From assembly GCA_965248435.1 (NCBI GenBank), contig OZ252100.1, forward strand, positions 1,440,001 through 1,504,000: a stretch of 64,000 nucleotides of DNA, in the 5' to 3' direction. Below the pieces are notes generated by a model. It made no database searches. It was given only the letters and a program-made list of their open reading frames with translations, and was not told the origin of the DNA. Source of the stretch: Candidatus Latescibacterota bacterium (GTDB taxonomy: Bacteria; Latescibacterota; UBA2968; GCA-2709665). Below, one piece after another: positions 27,205 to 37,405 of this stretch. Both the position numbers and the translations under genes were made by a program. Each line of letters opens with the position of its first letter. Position 1 is the stretch's first letter.

Positions 27205-29259
27205 TCAGGACTTTCTTCGATAGAACCAGATGGCCGCGTTGCGCTTCGGCAGCGTGAACGTGAAACCCTCCCGGCTCAAATCCGCTCCCGAGATCTCCCT
27301 CGTTTCACCCGTTTCAGGGTTCTCGAAGGCGTAGGTTGCATCCAGAGAGAGCTCTTTCGGTTCGATCGTCAACGTCTCGTCCGGAGCGTCGGGGAACCGA
27401 AAGCCCTGGACAAATCCGCGGCCTGTCTCCGGTGTGTCGAACTGCCAGGCGACCCACTCTCTAACGCTGTGATGGAACGGGGTGAGCGGGAAATAGTCAC
27501 CATAAAGGACGAATTCCGATGCCCTGCGCCAGATATCGATCATCCTCCTCGCGAGGGCGTAGTCGTAATCGTCCCGGCGGACGTCCATCTTCGGCGTCAA
27601 CATCGCGGCCATGCCGCAGTGGAAGTCGTAGCTCTCCACGCGGTCGTTGTATCTCCCCTTCTGGGGGAGTCCATCGCGAACCGGATTTCTTCGTCTCCCC
27701 TGCGCATCGAGATCCCAGGAGCCCGTGCCCGACCTGAAGTAGGGGAACCACTCGTAGAGTGTGCGGTGGAATGCCAGCTTCACGGGATGGTTTCCGGGGC
27801 CGTGGTCGGTGATGTGCAGCGGCACGGAGCGACGCAGGGTCTCGAAGTCATTGCGGCGCCCACCGCCGGCGCAGGAATCGATCCAGAGGCCGGGGTTTCG
27901 TTCGAGCAGGTCATCGTAATACTGAAGGTAGCCCTGGGCGTGCAGGTTCTCGTTCATCCCCTGCCGGTCCGGGCCCTCATTCTCACGCCAGAACTGAAGC
28001 GGCTCGGTGCCCGCATCGTCCACTAAGTTGAGATCCTGTCTGTAGATCTTGATGCCGTTCTCCCGAATCAGCCGACAGACGTGGTCGGTCAGCCACTGGC
28101 GGCATTCCGGAATGCCCAGGTTCAACAGCCTGTGATCGTTGGCGTCCTCTCTCCTGAGCAGCCACTCCGGGTGTTCTCTGTCGATCCCGCTGTCAGGGGT
28201 TACCCTTTCCGGTTCGAACCAGAGCAGGAGGTCGGCGCCGCTTCGGGCCGCGGCGTCGGAGACCGACTTGAGCCCGTCGGGGAATCGTTCAGGATCCGGC
28301 TCCCACGTGCCGGTCACACCCCAGCTCCTCGTTTCACCGTCCTCCTTGTAACAGGGATACCAGCCGGCATCTATCCACCAGACGTCGAACGGAAGGCCGT
28401 GCTGTCTGGCCTTCTCCATACACCGGAGCTGGTTCTCCTCGGTGGCTGCCGTGTGTACCGAACCGTCATCCGTGCCGCTGCAGGACAGCAGCGGCTTCAA
28501 CGGCCGGCCGTTGGGCCTGGGAAGGATGTGGGCCAGGTACCACCGCCGCCACAGGTTCACCGCCCTCGAGGCATCTCCCGTCCAGGACAGAAGGGTGATT
28601 CGCGGCGTCCGGATCGTTTCGCCGGGCTGGAGGTGCAGGTGCGTCACCTCCTGACCCGCCTTGATGTGCACCCCCTCTGCGATGCGCTGGAAATCGACCG
28701 ACCACTGTCCGGGCCAGCCGATCGCCATCGTCAGGCCGCAGCCTTCGAACATCACACGGTAATAGGGAAATGCGCCGTCGCAGGGGCGGCCGCCGTTGGG
28801 GGCGAACTTGAGCTCTCCTTCGTCCAGGGGGGTCTCGACCGGTGCGTAACACTCGTCGGCGCGGTAGTCGCCGTTGCAGTGAACCACGACGGGAGCGGCG
28901 CCGCTAAACGCGCCATCGATCGCGAGAATGTCACGGAGGATCGGCGTGGCCTCGTTGCCGTTGTTCGTAAACCAGGCGACCCATTCCACGACCGGGAAGT
29001 CTCTGTACTCCGTGCACTCGACTCTGACGTTCAACCCGGTCCTGGCGTCATTGCCCTCAAACACCGTTTCGGAGAGGTTGGCGTCGATGCGGCGCCGGGT
29101 TGTGGACGGATTCCAATCTACCGGAAGTCCCGTTATGGCTTTCCCGTCGTACGTGAAGGAGAGCGGAAGCGCCTCGGGGCCGGAGATGAAGCCGCCCATC
29201 CACTCCCGGCTCTGCTGCAAGTCTTCAGGGCGGGTAGCGGCGGTGTGGGTTGCATTCAT
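27205..29259 (-). CDS. Alpha-galactosidase, GH36-like
   Basis: WWIDAGW, RFPDGL, LLWFEPE, YRQD, IDSCAGGGRRND. Confidence 0.9.
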   Translation of the reverse strand: MNATHTAATRPEDLQQSREWMGGFISGPEALPLSFTYDGKAITGLPVDWNPSTTRRRIDANLSETVFEGNDARTGLNVRVECTEYRDFPVVEWVAWFTNNGNEATPILRDILAIDGAFSGAAPVVVHCNGDYRADECYAPVETPLDEGELKFAPNGGRPCDGAFPYYRVMFEGCGLTMAIGWPGQWSVDFQRIAEGVHIKAGQEVTHLHLQPGETIRTPRITLLSWTGDASRAVNLWRRWYLAHILPRPNGRPLKPLLSCSGTDDGSVHTAATEENQLRCMEKARQHGLPFDVWWIDAGWYPCYKEDGETRSWGVTGTWEPDPERFPDGLKSVSDAAARSGADLLLWFEPERVTPDSGIDREHPEWLLRREDANDHRLLNLGIPECRQWLTDHVCRLIRENGIKIYRQDLNLVDDAGTEPLQFWRENEGPDRQGMNENLHAQGYLQYYDDLLERNPGLWIDSCAGGGRRNDFETLRRSVPLHITDHGPGNHPVKLAFHRTLYEWFPYFRSGTGSWDLDAQGRRRNPVRDGLPQKGRYNDRVESYDFHCGMAAMLTPKMDVRRDDYDYALARRMIDIWRRASEFVLYGDYFPLTPFHHSVREWVAWQFDTPETGRGFVQGFRFPDAPDETLTIEPKELSLDATYAFENPETGETREISGADLSREGFTFTLPKRNAAIWFYRRKS

Positions 29260-29516
29260 TGCGGTTCTCCTTCGTCATCAGTCTTGAACCCCTTGGGGCA
29301 TTGGGTAGATTGCCTTCATCCTCCGTGGTCTGAAATTGTGATTATGCGGAAGAAATTCAGCATATCCCAGTCGTTGCCAGGCGTTGAAGGGGTGGATCAG
29401 CTTATGATTAGCCCATCATCCGAGCAAAGTGGGGAGATGTCTCATACTAAATACCTCTTTCGACAGGTTAGAGAAAGTTAAGCGAAGTCTACCATGATGT
29501 CCGAGCACCCGCCTAC

Positions 29517-29807
29517 TTAGGAGCGCCTCTGGCCGCCCGGTCTTTCTCCCCCTCGACGCCCCTCGGGGCGAGGCTTCGCTTCATTAACGGTGAGCGTACT
29601 TCCCTTCAACTCATTCCCGTTCAGGCCCTCCATCGCGGACTGGGCTTCAGCCTCGGCGGGCATCTCTACGAATCCAAATCCCCTCGATTCTTTGGTGAAC
29701 TTATCCGTTATGACATTTGCGGATGCGACCTGACCGAACGCTTCAAACGCTTGTCGTAAGTCGTCTTCGCTGACCTCGGGAGACAAGCTCCCCACGTAGA
29801 TATTCAT
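29517..29807 (-). CDS. RRM RNA-binding protein
   Basis: RNP2 IYVGSL, RNP1 RGFGFVEM, VNEAKPR + Gly/Arg tail. Confidence 0.96.
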   Translation of the reverse strand: MNIYVGSLSPEVSEDDLRQAFEAFGQVASANVITDKFTKESRGFGFVEMPAEAEAQSAMEGLNGNELKGSTLTVNEAKPRPEGRRGGERPGGQRRS

Positions 29808-29959
29808 TTTGGACCCCTTCTTGTCGTGAAGCTTATGAGGTGCAAATCAACGGAATAACCGCTCCAACCGACGTGCTATGAGCTTGCTATCAGGACCCAT
29901 AGCATTACCAATCTTGTAATGTCCGTGGTTTTCCTCCGCGTGGCGCGATTGGTGGATGC

Positions 29960-30106
29960 TCACGAAGCAATTCGAAACGTGTAGAAACGTGCCCCCTCCA
30001 GGACCACCCGCAGTCGGATCACACGCCGGTTTACCTCCTCCAGCAGGGTGTCATCGACAAGCAGTTCACGACGGGAACCGATATCCACTGTGTTCTGCTG
30101 TTTCAC
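29960..30106 (-). pseudogene. 48-codon mini-gene: N- and C-termini of a beta-propeller hydrolase joined in frame
   Basis: MKQQNTVDIGSRRELLVDDTLLEEV + NRRVIRLRVVLEGARFYTFRIAS; the ends mirror the termini of 23283-24917. Confidence 0.65.
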
Positions 30107-30220
30107 TTCATACCCTCGTGGGTATTCGATTGCAAAGCATGTTTCTCTAGTGAGCTACACTGAAACCCGCGGCCAACCTGGATCCGCCGCACCCCAGACC
30201 AGGCTGCGTGTGTGTTGGGA

Positions 30221-30898
30221 CTACTGTTGAGGCGACAACGATTGATAAGTTTCCACGAGTCTTTCCAGAAACTCTGGATCAATTACGGCGCCCCTTATTC
30301 CATTCACAATGAACTGAACGCCTACACATAGCAAGAGAAATCCCATGATTTTTGTCATAACGTTCATCCCGTTTGCGCCCATGAAATTCACAATCTTTGT
30401 GGCACCTTGGAGAACAAAGAAACAGATGAGGCAGACGAACAATATTCCCGATAAAATTGCGATGTAATCCAGCCAATGCTCCACCAGAGAAGTGAGACCG
30501 ATGGTTACGGCAATTGCACCTGGTCCGCTCAGGCTGGGCATGGCCAGAGGTGTAAAGGAGACGTCTCTCTTATGGATGGACTCCTCCTCCTCTTCTGCCG
30601 TTTGTTCGTCCTCTCGTGAAGGGTTCAGCATCTTGATGGCAATACTACCTACCATGATCCCACCGGCGATGCGTAGCCCGGAAACCGAAATACCGAAGAA
30701 ATTGAGTATCACTGTCCCGGCAACCGTGAAGACGAGCAGAATCGCAAACATGTAGACAATGCCTTGCCTGACCTGGTGTGCCCGCCTCTCATCTGAATCT
30801 CCCTGAGTAATCGCAAGGAGCACCGGTGCCGTGCTGAAAGGATTGGCAATGGGAAAGAGCGCAACGAAGGTACTCAGAGCCAGCTCTATGTTGAACAT
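30221..30898 (-). CDS. MarC family membrane protein
   Basis: NPF, LRIAGGI, TPLAMPSLSGPGAI, KIMGFLL. Confidence 0.93.
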   Translation of the reverse strand: MFNIELALSTFVALFPIANPFSTAPVLLAITQGDSDERRAHQVRQGIVYMFAILLVFTVAGTVILNFFGISVSGLRIAGGIMVGSIAIKMLNPSREDEQTAEEEEESIHKRDVSFTPLAMPSLSGPGAIAVTIGLTSLVEHWLDYIAILSGILFVCLICFFVLQGATKIVNFMGANGMNVMTKIMGFLLLCVGVQFIVNGIRGAVIDPEFLERLVETYQSLSPQQ

Positions 30899-30933
30899 TC
30901 CGGACCTCCCGTGTAAACCATCTGTGGTCCTCC

Positions 30934-30982
30934 AAAAAAAAGACCCAGAGGGCCATCCTGTGGGCCAGGATGCATCTGGATC
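30934..30982 (-). terminator. Intrinsic terminator in the marC leader (possible attenuator)
   Basis: Minus strand GATCCAGATGCATCCTGGCCCACAGGATGGCCCTCTGGGTC followed by 8 T, ending 36 nt before the ATG. Confidence 0.65.
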
Positions 30983-31246
30983 AAATCAAAGCCTGCATGG
31001 GCAACGACCTCTACTGACGCACTTCCTCTAAGTCCGCTTCGGAAATACTCTTGACGCCGCCAGGTAGCAAGCTGCGACGCTTCGTGAGCCTTGTCAAGCT
31101 TTTTGGGCTATGCTGCTTCCTTTTCGACTTTATTTGTCGTCGCGTTGAATCTCGATTGCAGCCCTCCGTTGGTAGGCTGCCGCTGAGGTTTGATGGTTGG
31201 TTTCACTCAACCCTCCCCCTCACTTCCTTCGTCCCTTTGAAAGGAT

Positions 31247-31831
31247 TCATTCCCGACCGCCATTGCTGCGAAGCAGATCGGCGATCTCTGTATACCCTTT
31301 CTCGACTGCTATTGCAAGCGGAGTCTTCTCTTCGAAGTTCAGCGTGTTGATGTCGGTTACACCGTTCTCGACAAGCCATCCGACCATCGACGTGTGTCCC
31401 AACTGGGTCGCGGCCTGCAGTGCCCGATTCTTGTCGGCTGGGGATCCGGCTTTCTCCAGCGCTTCGGCAAGTTCGACCTTGCCGGACAGCGCGACGTGAT
31501 ACATCAATGAAATTCGGTGCACCCCCGGGATGTTGATGACAGCCGGATCCGAAGCGATGAACGACTTCACAAGTTCGACATCTCCCAGCATCGCGGCGCA
31601 GAAGACCGTCTGCGTGGCGCCATTAGACAGCAGGTATTCTGCAACTTCGCGATTACCCACGTGTCCAGCGGCTTCCAGGCCAGACTCCCATTCACCGCCT
31701 CCCCAATCCCAGGAGGCACGGATGAGGTTAGATTCTTCCTTGTGCAGGGCCTCGACCTTTTCAAAGTTTCCGTGCGAGGCCATCACGAACTCTCTCACAA
31801 GATCTGGATTTAGGGGTTCCTTTGAGGACAT
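31247..31831 (-). CDS. Ankyrin repeat protein
   Basis: DWGGGEWESGLEAAGHVG, TPLAIAVEKGYTEIADLL. Confidence 0.88.
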   Translation of the reverse strand: MSSKEPLNPDLVREFVMASHGNFEKVEALHKEESNLIRASWDWGGGEWESGLEAAGHVGNREVAEYLLSNGATQTVFCAAMLGDVELVKSFIASDPAVINIPGVHRISLMYHVALSGKVELAEALEKAGSPADKNRALQAATQLGHTSMVGWLVENGVTDINTLNFEEKTPLAIAVEKGYTEIADLLRSNGGRE

Positions 31832-31870
31832 CTTATCTGTTCTCCATAGTTGAGGGGTTGACATTGAAAC

Positions 31871-32003
31871 AAATCCCCCCTACCCCCTCCCTCGGCAAGC
31901 TCGGGACATGCTTTTCCAAAGGGGGAAGGTCGCTCTTTGTAAAAGAGTACCCATTCTGAAATAGATTCTTCCCCCTTTCCTAAAGGGGGACTGAGGGGGA
32001 TTT
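31871..32003. repeat. Inverted pair of REP-like elements
   Basis: aaatcccccctaccccct...aaaggggg / ccccctttcctaaagggggactgagggggattt. Confidence 0.7.
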
Positions 32004-32054
32004 CAGAATGGATCACAATCCTTTTCTCCTTGGCTTATTTCGAGTAGTGGCGAT

Positions 32055-33494
32055 TTAGAGTTCTCTTGATCGCCAGACTGTCATCTTCTCGATCTGCATG
32101 TCGTGCATCGTGTATGGAATCCCTCCGATGGCGAGCCCGGATTGCTTGATTCCAGCAAACGGCATCCAATCCACCCTGAAGGCGGAATGATCGTTGACCA
32201 TGACGGCCGAGGCATCCAGGCGCTCAGAGGCCCGCAGTGCCGTGTCGATATCACGAGTACAAACAGCGGCTTGAAAGGCGTAGGGAATGGAGTTGGCTTG
32301 CGCGATCGCCTGATCGATGTCGCTGTATCCATATACACAGATCGCCGGCCCGAATATCTCCAATTGACTGACCTTGACATCGACCGGTGGATCGAGCAGG
32401 ACCGTGCATTCATAGCAGGTGTCAGATATTCTATTGCCGCCGGTGATCAAGTTGGCTCCAGCGTCACCTGCTTGGTCCACCCACTCCTCTACCCGATTTA
32501 CCTCTGCCGGCCGGATGAGCGGCCCTACCTCGGTCTCTCCGAGCGTCGGATCCCCGATCTTGAGCCCTTCTGCAGCATCGGCCAGGCGGTCGACAAACTC
32601 TTTTGCGACGGTTTCATGGACAAAGACCCTCTGCACGGAGACACAAACCTGACCGGCGTGATAGAAACCGCCTTTAGTCAACAATGGCAAGACATCATCC
32701 AAATCCGCATCCGCTGCCACGATGACCGGCGCGGCGCCTCCGTGTTCGAGCGCGCATCGGGTTCCCGGCGCCAATTTGGAACGGAGCATCCACCCGACCC
32801 GCGCGCTCCCGATAAAGGAGAAAAAACCGACCCTGGGATCGGTAACGAGCTGCGCGGCAACATCCAGGTCTTTTACGACCAGTGCCTGGCACCACTCCTC
32901 GGGCAGTCCGGCCTCTCGCAGGATATTCACGAACCGAAAACAGGATAGGGGTGTGTCCTGTGCGGGCTTTACGATGACCGGGCATCCCGTCGCGACGGCC
33001 GGGCCGACCTGATGTACGATCAAATTCAGGGGGTGATTGAACGCGCTGACCGCGACGACGACACCGATCGGCTGTTTGTGCGTGAATGCGATTCGGCCGG
33101 CCGAGGCGGGGTTCAGATTCATGGGAATTTCCCTGCCCCCCTCGGTACGCAGCACCTCTATGCAGTTCTTGACACCGTCGATCGCGCGCGCGACTTCCAC
33201 CTTCGAGTCGACCAGGGGTTTACCCCCTTCGCGTGCTGCTTCGACGGCCAATTCTTCTGCCCGCTGCTCCATAATCGCGGCTGCTTTGCCGAGTATTTCG
33301 ATGCGCTGATAAGGTTTCAGCCAGGCGTCTCGATCCCGAAACAGGCGGCTTGCTGTTTCGAGTGCCTTGTCAACCGCCTTGCTGTCTGCGGCTGTCGCCG
33401 TGGCGATCAAAGCGCGGTCGAAAGGTGCGAACACATCAAGCTCGCCATCGTTCGTGGCCGCTCCGGGAATCATCAGTGGAATTTTTTGAGACAT
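32055..33494 (-). CDS. Aldehyde dehydrogenase
   Basis: FNHP, KPA, FIGS, LEHGG, GQVCVS, EIFGP, PFAGIKQSG. Confidence 0.95.
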   Translation of the reverse strand: MSQKIPLMIPGAATNDGELDVFAPFDRALIATATAADSKAVDKALETASRLFRDRDAWLKPYQRIEILGKAAAIMEQRAEELAVEAAREGGKPLVDSKVEVARAIDGVKNCIEVLRTEGGREIPMNLNPASAGRIAFTHKQPIGVVVAVSAFNHPLNLIVHQVGPAVATGCPVIVKPAQDTPLSCFRFVNILREAGLPEEWCQALVVKDLDVAAQLVTDPRVGFFSFIGSARVGWMLRSKLAPGTRCALEHGGAAPVIVAADADLDDVLPLLTKGGFYHAGQVCVSVQRVFVHETVAKEFVDRLADAAEGLKIGDPTLGETEVGPLIRPAEVNRVEEWVDQAGDAGANLITGGNRISDTCYECTVLLDPPVDVKVSQLEIFGPAICVYGYSDIDQAIAQANSIPYAFQAAVCTRDIDTALRASERLDASAVMVNDHSAFRVDWMPFAGIKQSGLAIGGIPYTMHDMQIEKMTVWRSREL

Positions 33495-33512
33495 TCTCTC
33501 TCCACTCCGTTA

Positions 33513-33637
33513 GATCTCGTATCTCGTATCGGGAAACTCGTATCTCGGGGTGCTTCTCCAGGGCGAGTTCCATCGCCAAGTAGATCCCACGAGATACGTT
33601 TCACGAGATACGAGATACGCTGTCTTTGAGATACGGA
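33513..33637. repeat. TCTCGTA / GAGATAC heptamer tandem repeats in inverted arrangement
   Basis: tctcgtatctcgta...cgagatacg x4; related copies near 23250, 26910, 27080 and 35300. Confidence 0.75.
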
Positions 33638-33638
33638 T

Positions 33639-35279
33639 TCAGACCAGTTTGCTTTTCTCCTTAATCTCGCGGTTCAGGATTCTGTCATTATCGACATAGT
33701 CTACCGGGCAGTCGATCAAGTGAACGCCCGGGGTGTTGAAGCATTCTTCCATCATTGGACGTAAATGGTCCGCACTCTCTACACGGTGGCCGTATGCGCC
33801 ATAGCTATCCGCATACTTGACAAAATCGGGATTGTTGTAATCCAGTCCAAACTCGGGAAAATTCATGTTGGCCTGCTTCCATTTGATCATGCCATATGCG
33901 CTGTCATTCAGGACCAGTACCACAAGGTTCATTCTGAGCCGCACGGCGGTTTCAAGCTCCTGGGAATTCATCATGAATCCACCATCTCCACAGATCGCCA
34001 TAATCCTGCGTTCGGGACAGACCAGGCAGGCCGCCATGGCCGATGGCAATCCAGCGCCCATCGATGCCAGGGCGTTGTCCAGTAACACGGTGTTCGACTG
34101 ATGAGCCTTGTAGTTTCTGGCGAACCAGATTTTGTAGACCCCGTTGTCCAATGCGATGATCCCATCCGATGGCATAACTTTTCGCACATCCGCGACCAGG
34201 CGCTGCGGATAGATCGGGAAACGGTCGTCGTCCGCACCTTCCAGAAGATGCGACTCTACCGCCGCCTTAACCTTCATGAAGTAAGAGAAATCCCAGCAAT
34301 CTTGCACTTGAATGCGTTCTTTGATCTGCCAGATGCTGTTCGCGATGTCCCCGACGACCTCCACCTGGGGGAAGTAGACAGGGTCCACCTCGGCAGAGAA
34401 GAAGTTGATGTGAATGACCTTGAAGCCGTCCAGCTTCATGAAAAAGGGCGGCTTTTCGACGACATCGTGGCCAACGTTGATGATGAGGTCGGCCCTTTTT
34501 ATTGCGCGATGCAGGAAGTCATTGTCAGACAGCGCTGCATTTCCCAGGAAGAGCGGGTCGCGTTCGTCCACGACGCCTTTTCCCATCTGAGAGCTGATGA
34601 AGGGAATACCGGTCTTATCGATGAACGCCCTCAGCATTTTCGACGTCAGTTTTCTGTTCGCTCCCGCGCCGATCAACAAAAGCGGATGGTTTGCCTCTTC
34701 GATCATCTCGGTTGCCCATCGGACAGATTTTTCCTCGGCGATCGATCGACGGTTCCGGGACTGTGGGATCACTTCCTCGTCCGTGCCCTCGGCGGCGATA
34801 TCCTCAGGCAGCTCCAAATGTGCGGCCCCCGGCCGCTCGATCTGCGCGGTGCGGAACGCCTCGCGAATTCGTGATGGGATACTGTCTCCGCTCGCGATCT
34901 GTTTGGTGTATTTGGTCAGGGGCCTCATCATGTCTACGATATCGACGATCTGGAATTGGCCCTGCTTACTCGTCTTGATCGGCTTCTGGCCGGTGATCAT
35001 CACCATGGGCATCGCTCCGAGTTGTGCGTAGGCGGCGGCGGTTACGAAATTGGTCGCGCCCGGCCCCAGGGTGGAAAGGCAGACCCCGGCCTTGCCTGTC
35101 AGTCTCCCATAGGTTGCCGCCATGAATCCGGCTGCCTGCTCGTGCCGTGTCAGGATCAGCTTTATGCTGGAGCCCCTTAACGAGTTCAGGAGATCCAGGT
35201 TTTCTTCGCCGGGGATGCCGAAAATAAACTCCACTCCCTCAGCTTCAAGTGCATCTACGAACAGGTCAGAAGCCTTCAT
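33639..35279 (-). CDS. Acetolactate synthase large subunit-like ThDP enzyme
   Basis: FGIPGEEN, RHEQAA, TLGPGATN, GDGGF...LNDSAYG. Confidence 0.93.
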   Translation of the reverse strand: MKASDLFVDALEAEGVEFIFGIPGEENLDLLNSLRGSSIKLILTRHEQAAGFMAATYGRLTGKAGVCLSTLGPGATNFVTAAAYAQLGAMPMVMITGQKPIKTSKQGQFQIVDIVDMMRPLTKYTKQIASGDSIPSRIREAFRTAQIERPGAAHLELPEDIAAEGTDEEVIPQSRNRRSIAEEKSVRWATEMIEEANHPLLLIGAGANRKLTSKMLRAFIDKTGIPFISSQMGKGVVDERDPLFLGNAALSDNDFLHRAIKRADLIINVGHDVVEKPPFFMKLDGFKVIHINFFSAEVDPVYFPQVEVVGDIANSIWQIKERIQVQDCWDFSYFMKVKAAVESHLLEGADDDRFPIYPQRLVADVRKVMPSDGIIALDNGVYKIWFARNYKAHQSNTVLLDNALASMGAGLPSAMAACLVCPERRIMAICGDGGFMMNSQELETAVRLRMNLVVLVLNDSAYGMIKWKQANMNFPEFGLDYNNPDFVKYADSYGAYGHRVESADHLRPMMEECFNTPGVHLIDCPVDYVDNDRILNREIKEKSKLV

Positions 35280-35374
35280 GAAATCTCCCCTCTTGATCGT
35301 ATCTCGTATTTAGTATCTCGCACCGCGGCGTGACGACCTTATGCGGCACATTTCGCGAGTTTCACTGCCGCCAG

Positions 35375-36082
35375 TTAGGTCCCTACGAGCTCGATGAGCT
35401 CCGTGAGCAAGCTGACCTCAACGTCGGGAACAATATCTGTTCTGTTTGGAGCCCTCTCCCGATTCAGCCAGACTGAGCGCACGCCCGCCCTGCCTGCACC
35501 CTTCACATCATCTTCCAGCGAATCCCCCACGTGCAGGAGGGAGCTGGGATCGCACTCAGCCTGTTCGACCGCAATGTGAAACAGTCTCGGATCCGGTTTT
35601 GCGAATCCGTGGTCTGGCGCGAACACCGCGAACTGGAACTTCCCTTCAAGTCCACATTTCTCCGGATAGCTGTTCCCGTTGGAAAGGATGCCCAGGACAA
35701 ACTCTCCCTCGAGCGTGTCCAGCGTCTCCAGGACGTCGTCATACAGCTCAATATCTTCAAACCTGTGGCTGAAGTAAACATCGTTCAGGCGCCGTGCGAG
35801 TGCATCATCGTGCAGGCCGACCCTGGCGATCGTCTCCCGGAATGCCTCGAGCCGTACTTCCTCGAGATCCACGACCTTTCCCTTCAGCTTCTCGGCAACT
35901 TCCTCGCGAATTCCGATCATCGCGTCGATCGTGAGCTTGCCCTCAGTTTCCGGTCTGACCGTCGTGAGTTCATCCATCGAGCATTTCAGAGAGTGCCTCA
36001 TGACTTTCTGGAATTCCCATAATGTATCGTCCGCGTCGAACGATATGGCTCGGATGTTCTGGAACCTGGTCATGAAACGCAC
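35375..36082 (-). CDS. HAD family hydrolase
   Basis: FDADDTL, LSNG, KPDP, HVGDS...DD. Confidence 0.92.
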   Translation of the reverse strand: MRFMTRFQNIRAISFDADDTLWEFQKVMRHSLKCSMDELTTVRPETEGKLTIDAMIGIREEVAEKLKGKVVDLEEVRLEAFRETIARVGLHDDALARRLNDVYFSHRFEDIELYDDVLETLDTLEGEFVLGILSNGNSYPEKCGLEGKFQFAVFAPDHGFAKPDPRLFHIAVEQAECDPSSLLHVGDSLEDDVKGAGRAGVRSVWLNRERAPNRTDIVPDVEVSLLTELIELVGT

Positions 36083-36109
36083 CGCTCCGGACGTATAACT
36101 GAGGTCGAA

Positions 36110-36571
36110 TCAGACATCACAGATCATTCGAAGAAATTCAAATTCCCCGCCGTTCGTTTTGTTGAGGAATATCTCTCCTCTCTCGAATCCGGCCTTCAGA
36201 TACACCCTGATCGCTCGCTGATTGAATGTGGCTACGGCCAATGAGAATCGATCCGGGTGAAACCTCGATACGCCGTATTCCATTCCAGCCTTGACGAATT
36301 CAAGCCCCATCCCTTTGCCCGTGAGGTCTGGTCGCAGTCCGAGTCCGATGTCCAGAGTCTCTCCCCTCATTTTGAAGCTGAAGAATCCGATAAGGTCTCC
36401 TTCATCGTCGTGGATCGTATACCTACGATCCGGCCAATTCTCGGGGTCCAGGAATTCTTCGAGATCTTCAGCATCCTGATCCGTGTCGTAGAAGGTATAG
36501 GGTTCCTCATAGTGCCAGGCGACGATTGTTTCAGCGCCTTTTTGGTCCATCTGCTTGAACCTGAATTGCAT
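36110..36571 (-). CDS. GNAT N-acetyltransferase
   Basis: IGLGLRPDLTGKGMG, FNQRAIRVYLKAGF. Confidence 0.92.
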   Translation of the reverse strand: MQFRFKQMDQKGAETIVAWHYEEPYTFYDTDQDAEDLEEFLDPENWPDRRYTIHDDEGDLIGFFSFKMRGETLDIGLGLRPDLTGKGMGLEFVKAGMEYGVSRFHPDRFSLAVATFNQRAIRVYLKAGFERGEIFLNKTNGGEFEFLRMICDV

Positions 36572-36698
36572 TCCTCACCCGGTGGACATTCTATTAATGT
36601 AAAGGGAGTACACCGCCTCCGGCGGGCGTGACCCGGAGTCCTCTCAGGAAAGTTCCTGTTCAGGGGTGGGTCCTGTTCGAACAACTGAAATCACGAAA

Positions 36699-36750
36699 TA
36701 ACCCACCCCGGCCCGGCTTTGGCCGGGCCACCCCTCCCAGGAGGGGATTC
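36699..36750. repeat. REP-like palindrome
   Basis: ggcccggctttggccgggcc followed by cccctcccaggagggg. Confidence 0.55.
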
Positions 36751-36771
36751 TGGTGCCCATTTTGGCATGGG

Positions 36772-37386
36772 CTAGTGAATTGGGTTCGGAATCTCTTCCT
36801 GCTTCCACGGCAGCGCCTTCTTTTCGACAGCTTTTCGAACAGTATGTAGCCAAACTGGCCAGAACCAATCTGTCTTGCACCCCGGCGGAAGGAATTTCTT
36901 GTCAACGGGATACTTCATTTCGCCGTTCACATCGCTTTGGAGGTAGCCCTCAACCTGGGAGAAAGGAATCCACGCATACGGCCCACTCTCGGCGTAGGCC
37001 GCATCCACAGCGGGGGGTTGGAGATTGCTGAGCAGCTGCGCTGGAACAAAGTCGATCTCGGCAAAAAAAAGCGCGAACCTGTTGTCCATCAAGGCCTCCT
37101 GCTCCGCGATTTTCTTCATCAAATCTGCGCGTGCAAAATAACCTCGTGTTTCTTCCTCGGTTTCTCGGGCCGCGGTTTCGGCAAGGCTCTCTCCTTCCTT
37201 CGCTCCGCCGCCAAAGCCCGCCCATCCTCGAATCTTTTTATGATCTTCGGCGAGAAGCAGATAGACCTCATCTCCTGATTCGAAATAGAGGAGTGCACCA
37301 GCGGGGTTCTGCGCGAGCGCGGGACCGCAAATCGCCAGCAGAAGGACGAAAGCAAAGGACAGCCGTATTTTCACTCGGGTCGCCAA
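36772..37386 (-). CDS. NUDIX hydrolase with signal peptide
   Basis: GGGAKEGESLAETAARETEEETRG Nudix box. Confidence 0.85.
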   Translation of the reverse strand: MATRVKIRLSFAFVLLLAICGPALAQNPAGALLYFESGDEVYLLLAEDHKKIRGWAGFGGGAKEGESLAETAARETEEETRGYFARADLMKKIAEQEALMDNRFALFFAEIDFVPAQLLSNLQPPAVDAAYAESGPYAWIPFSQVEGYLQSDVNGEMKYPVDKKFLPPGCKTDWFWPVWLHTVRKAVEKKALPWKQEEIPNPIH

Positions 37387-37405
37387 TTATCAAACAGCTC
37401 CAGGA

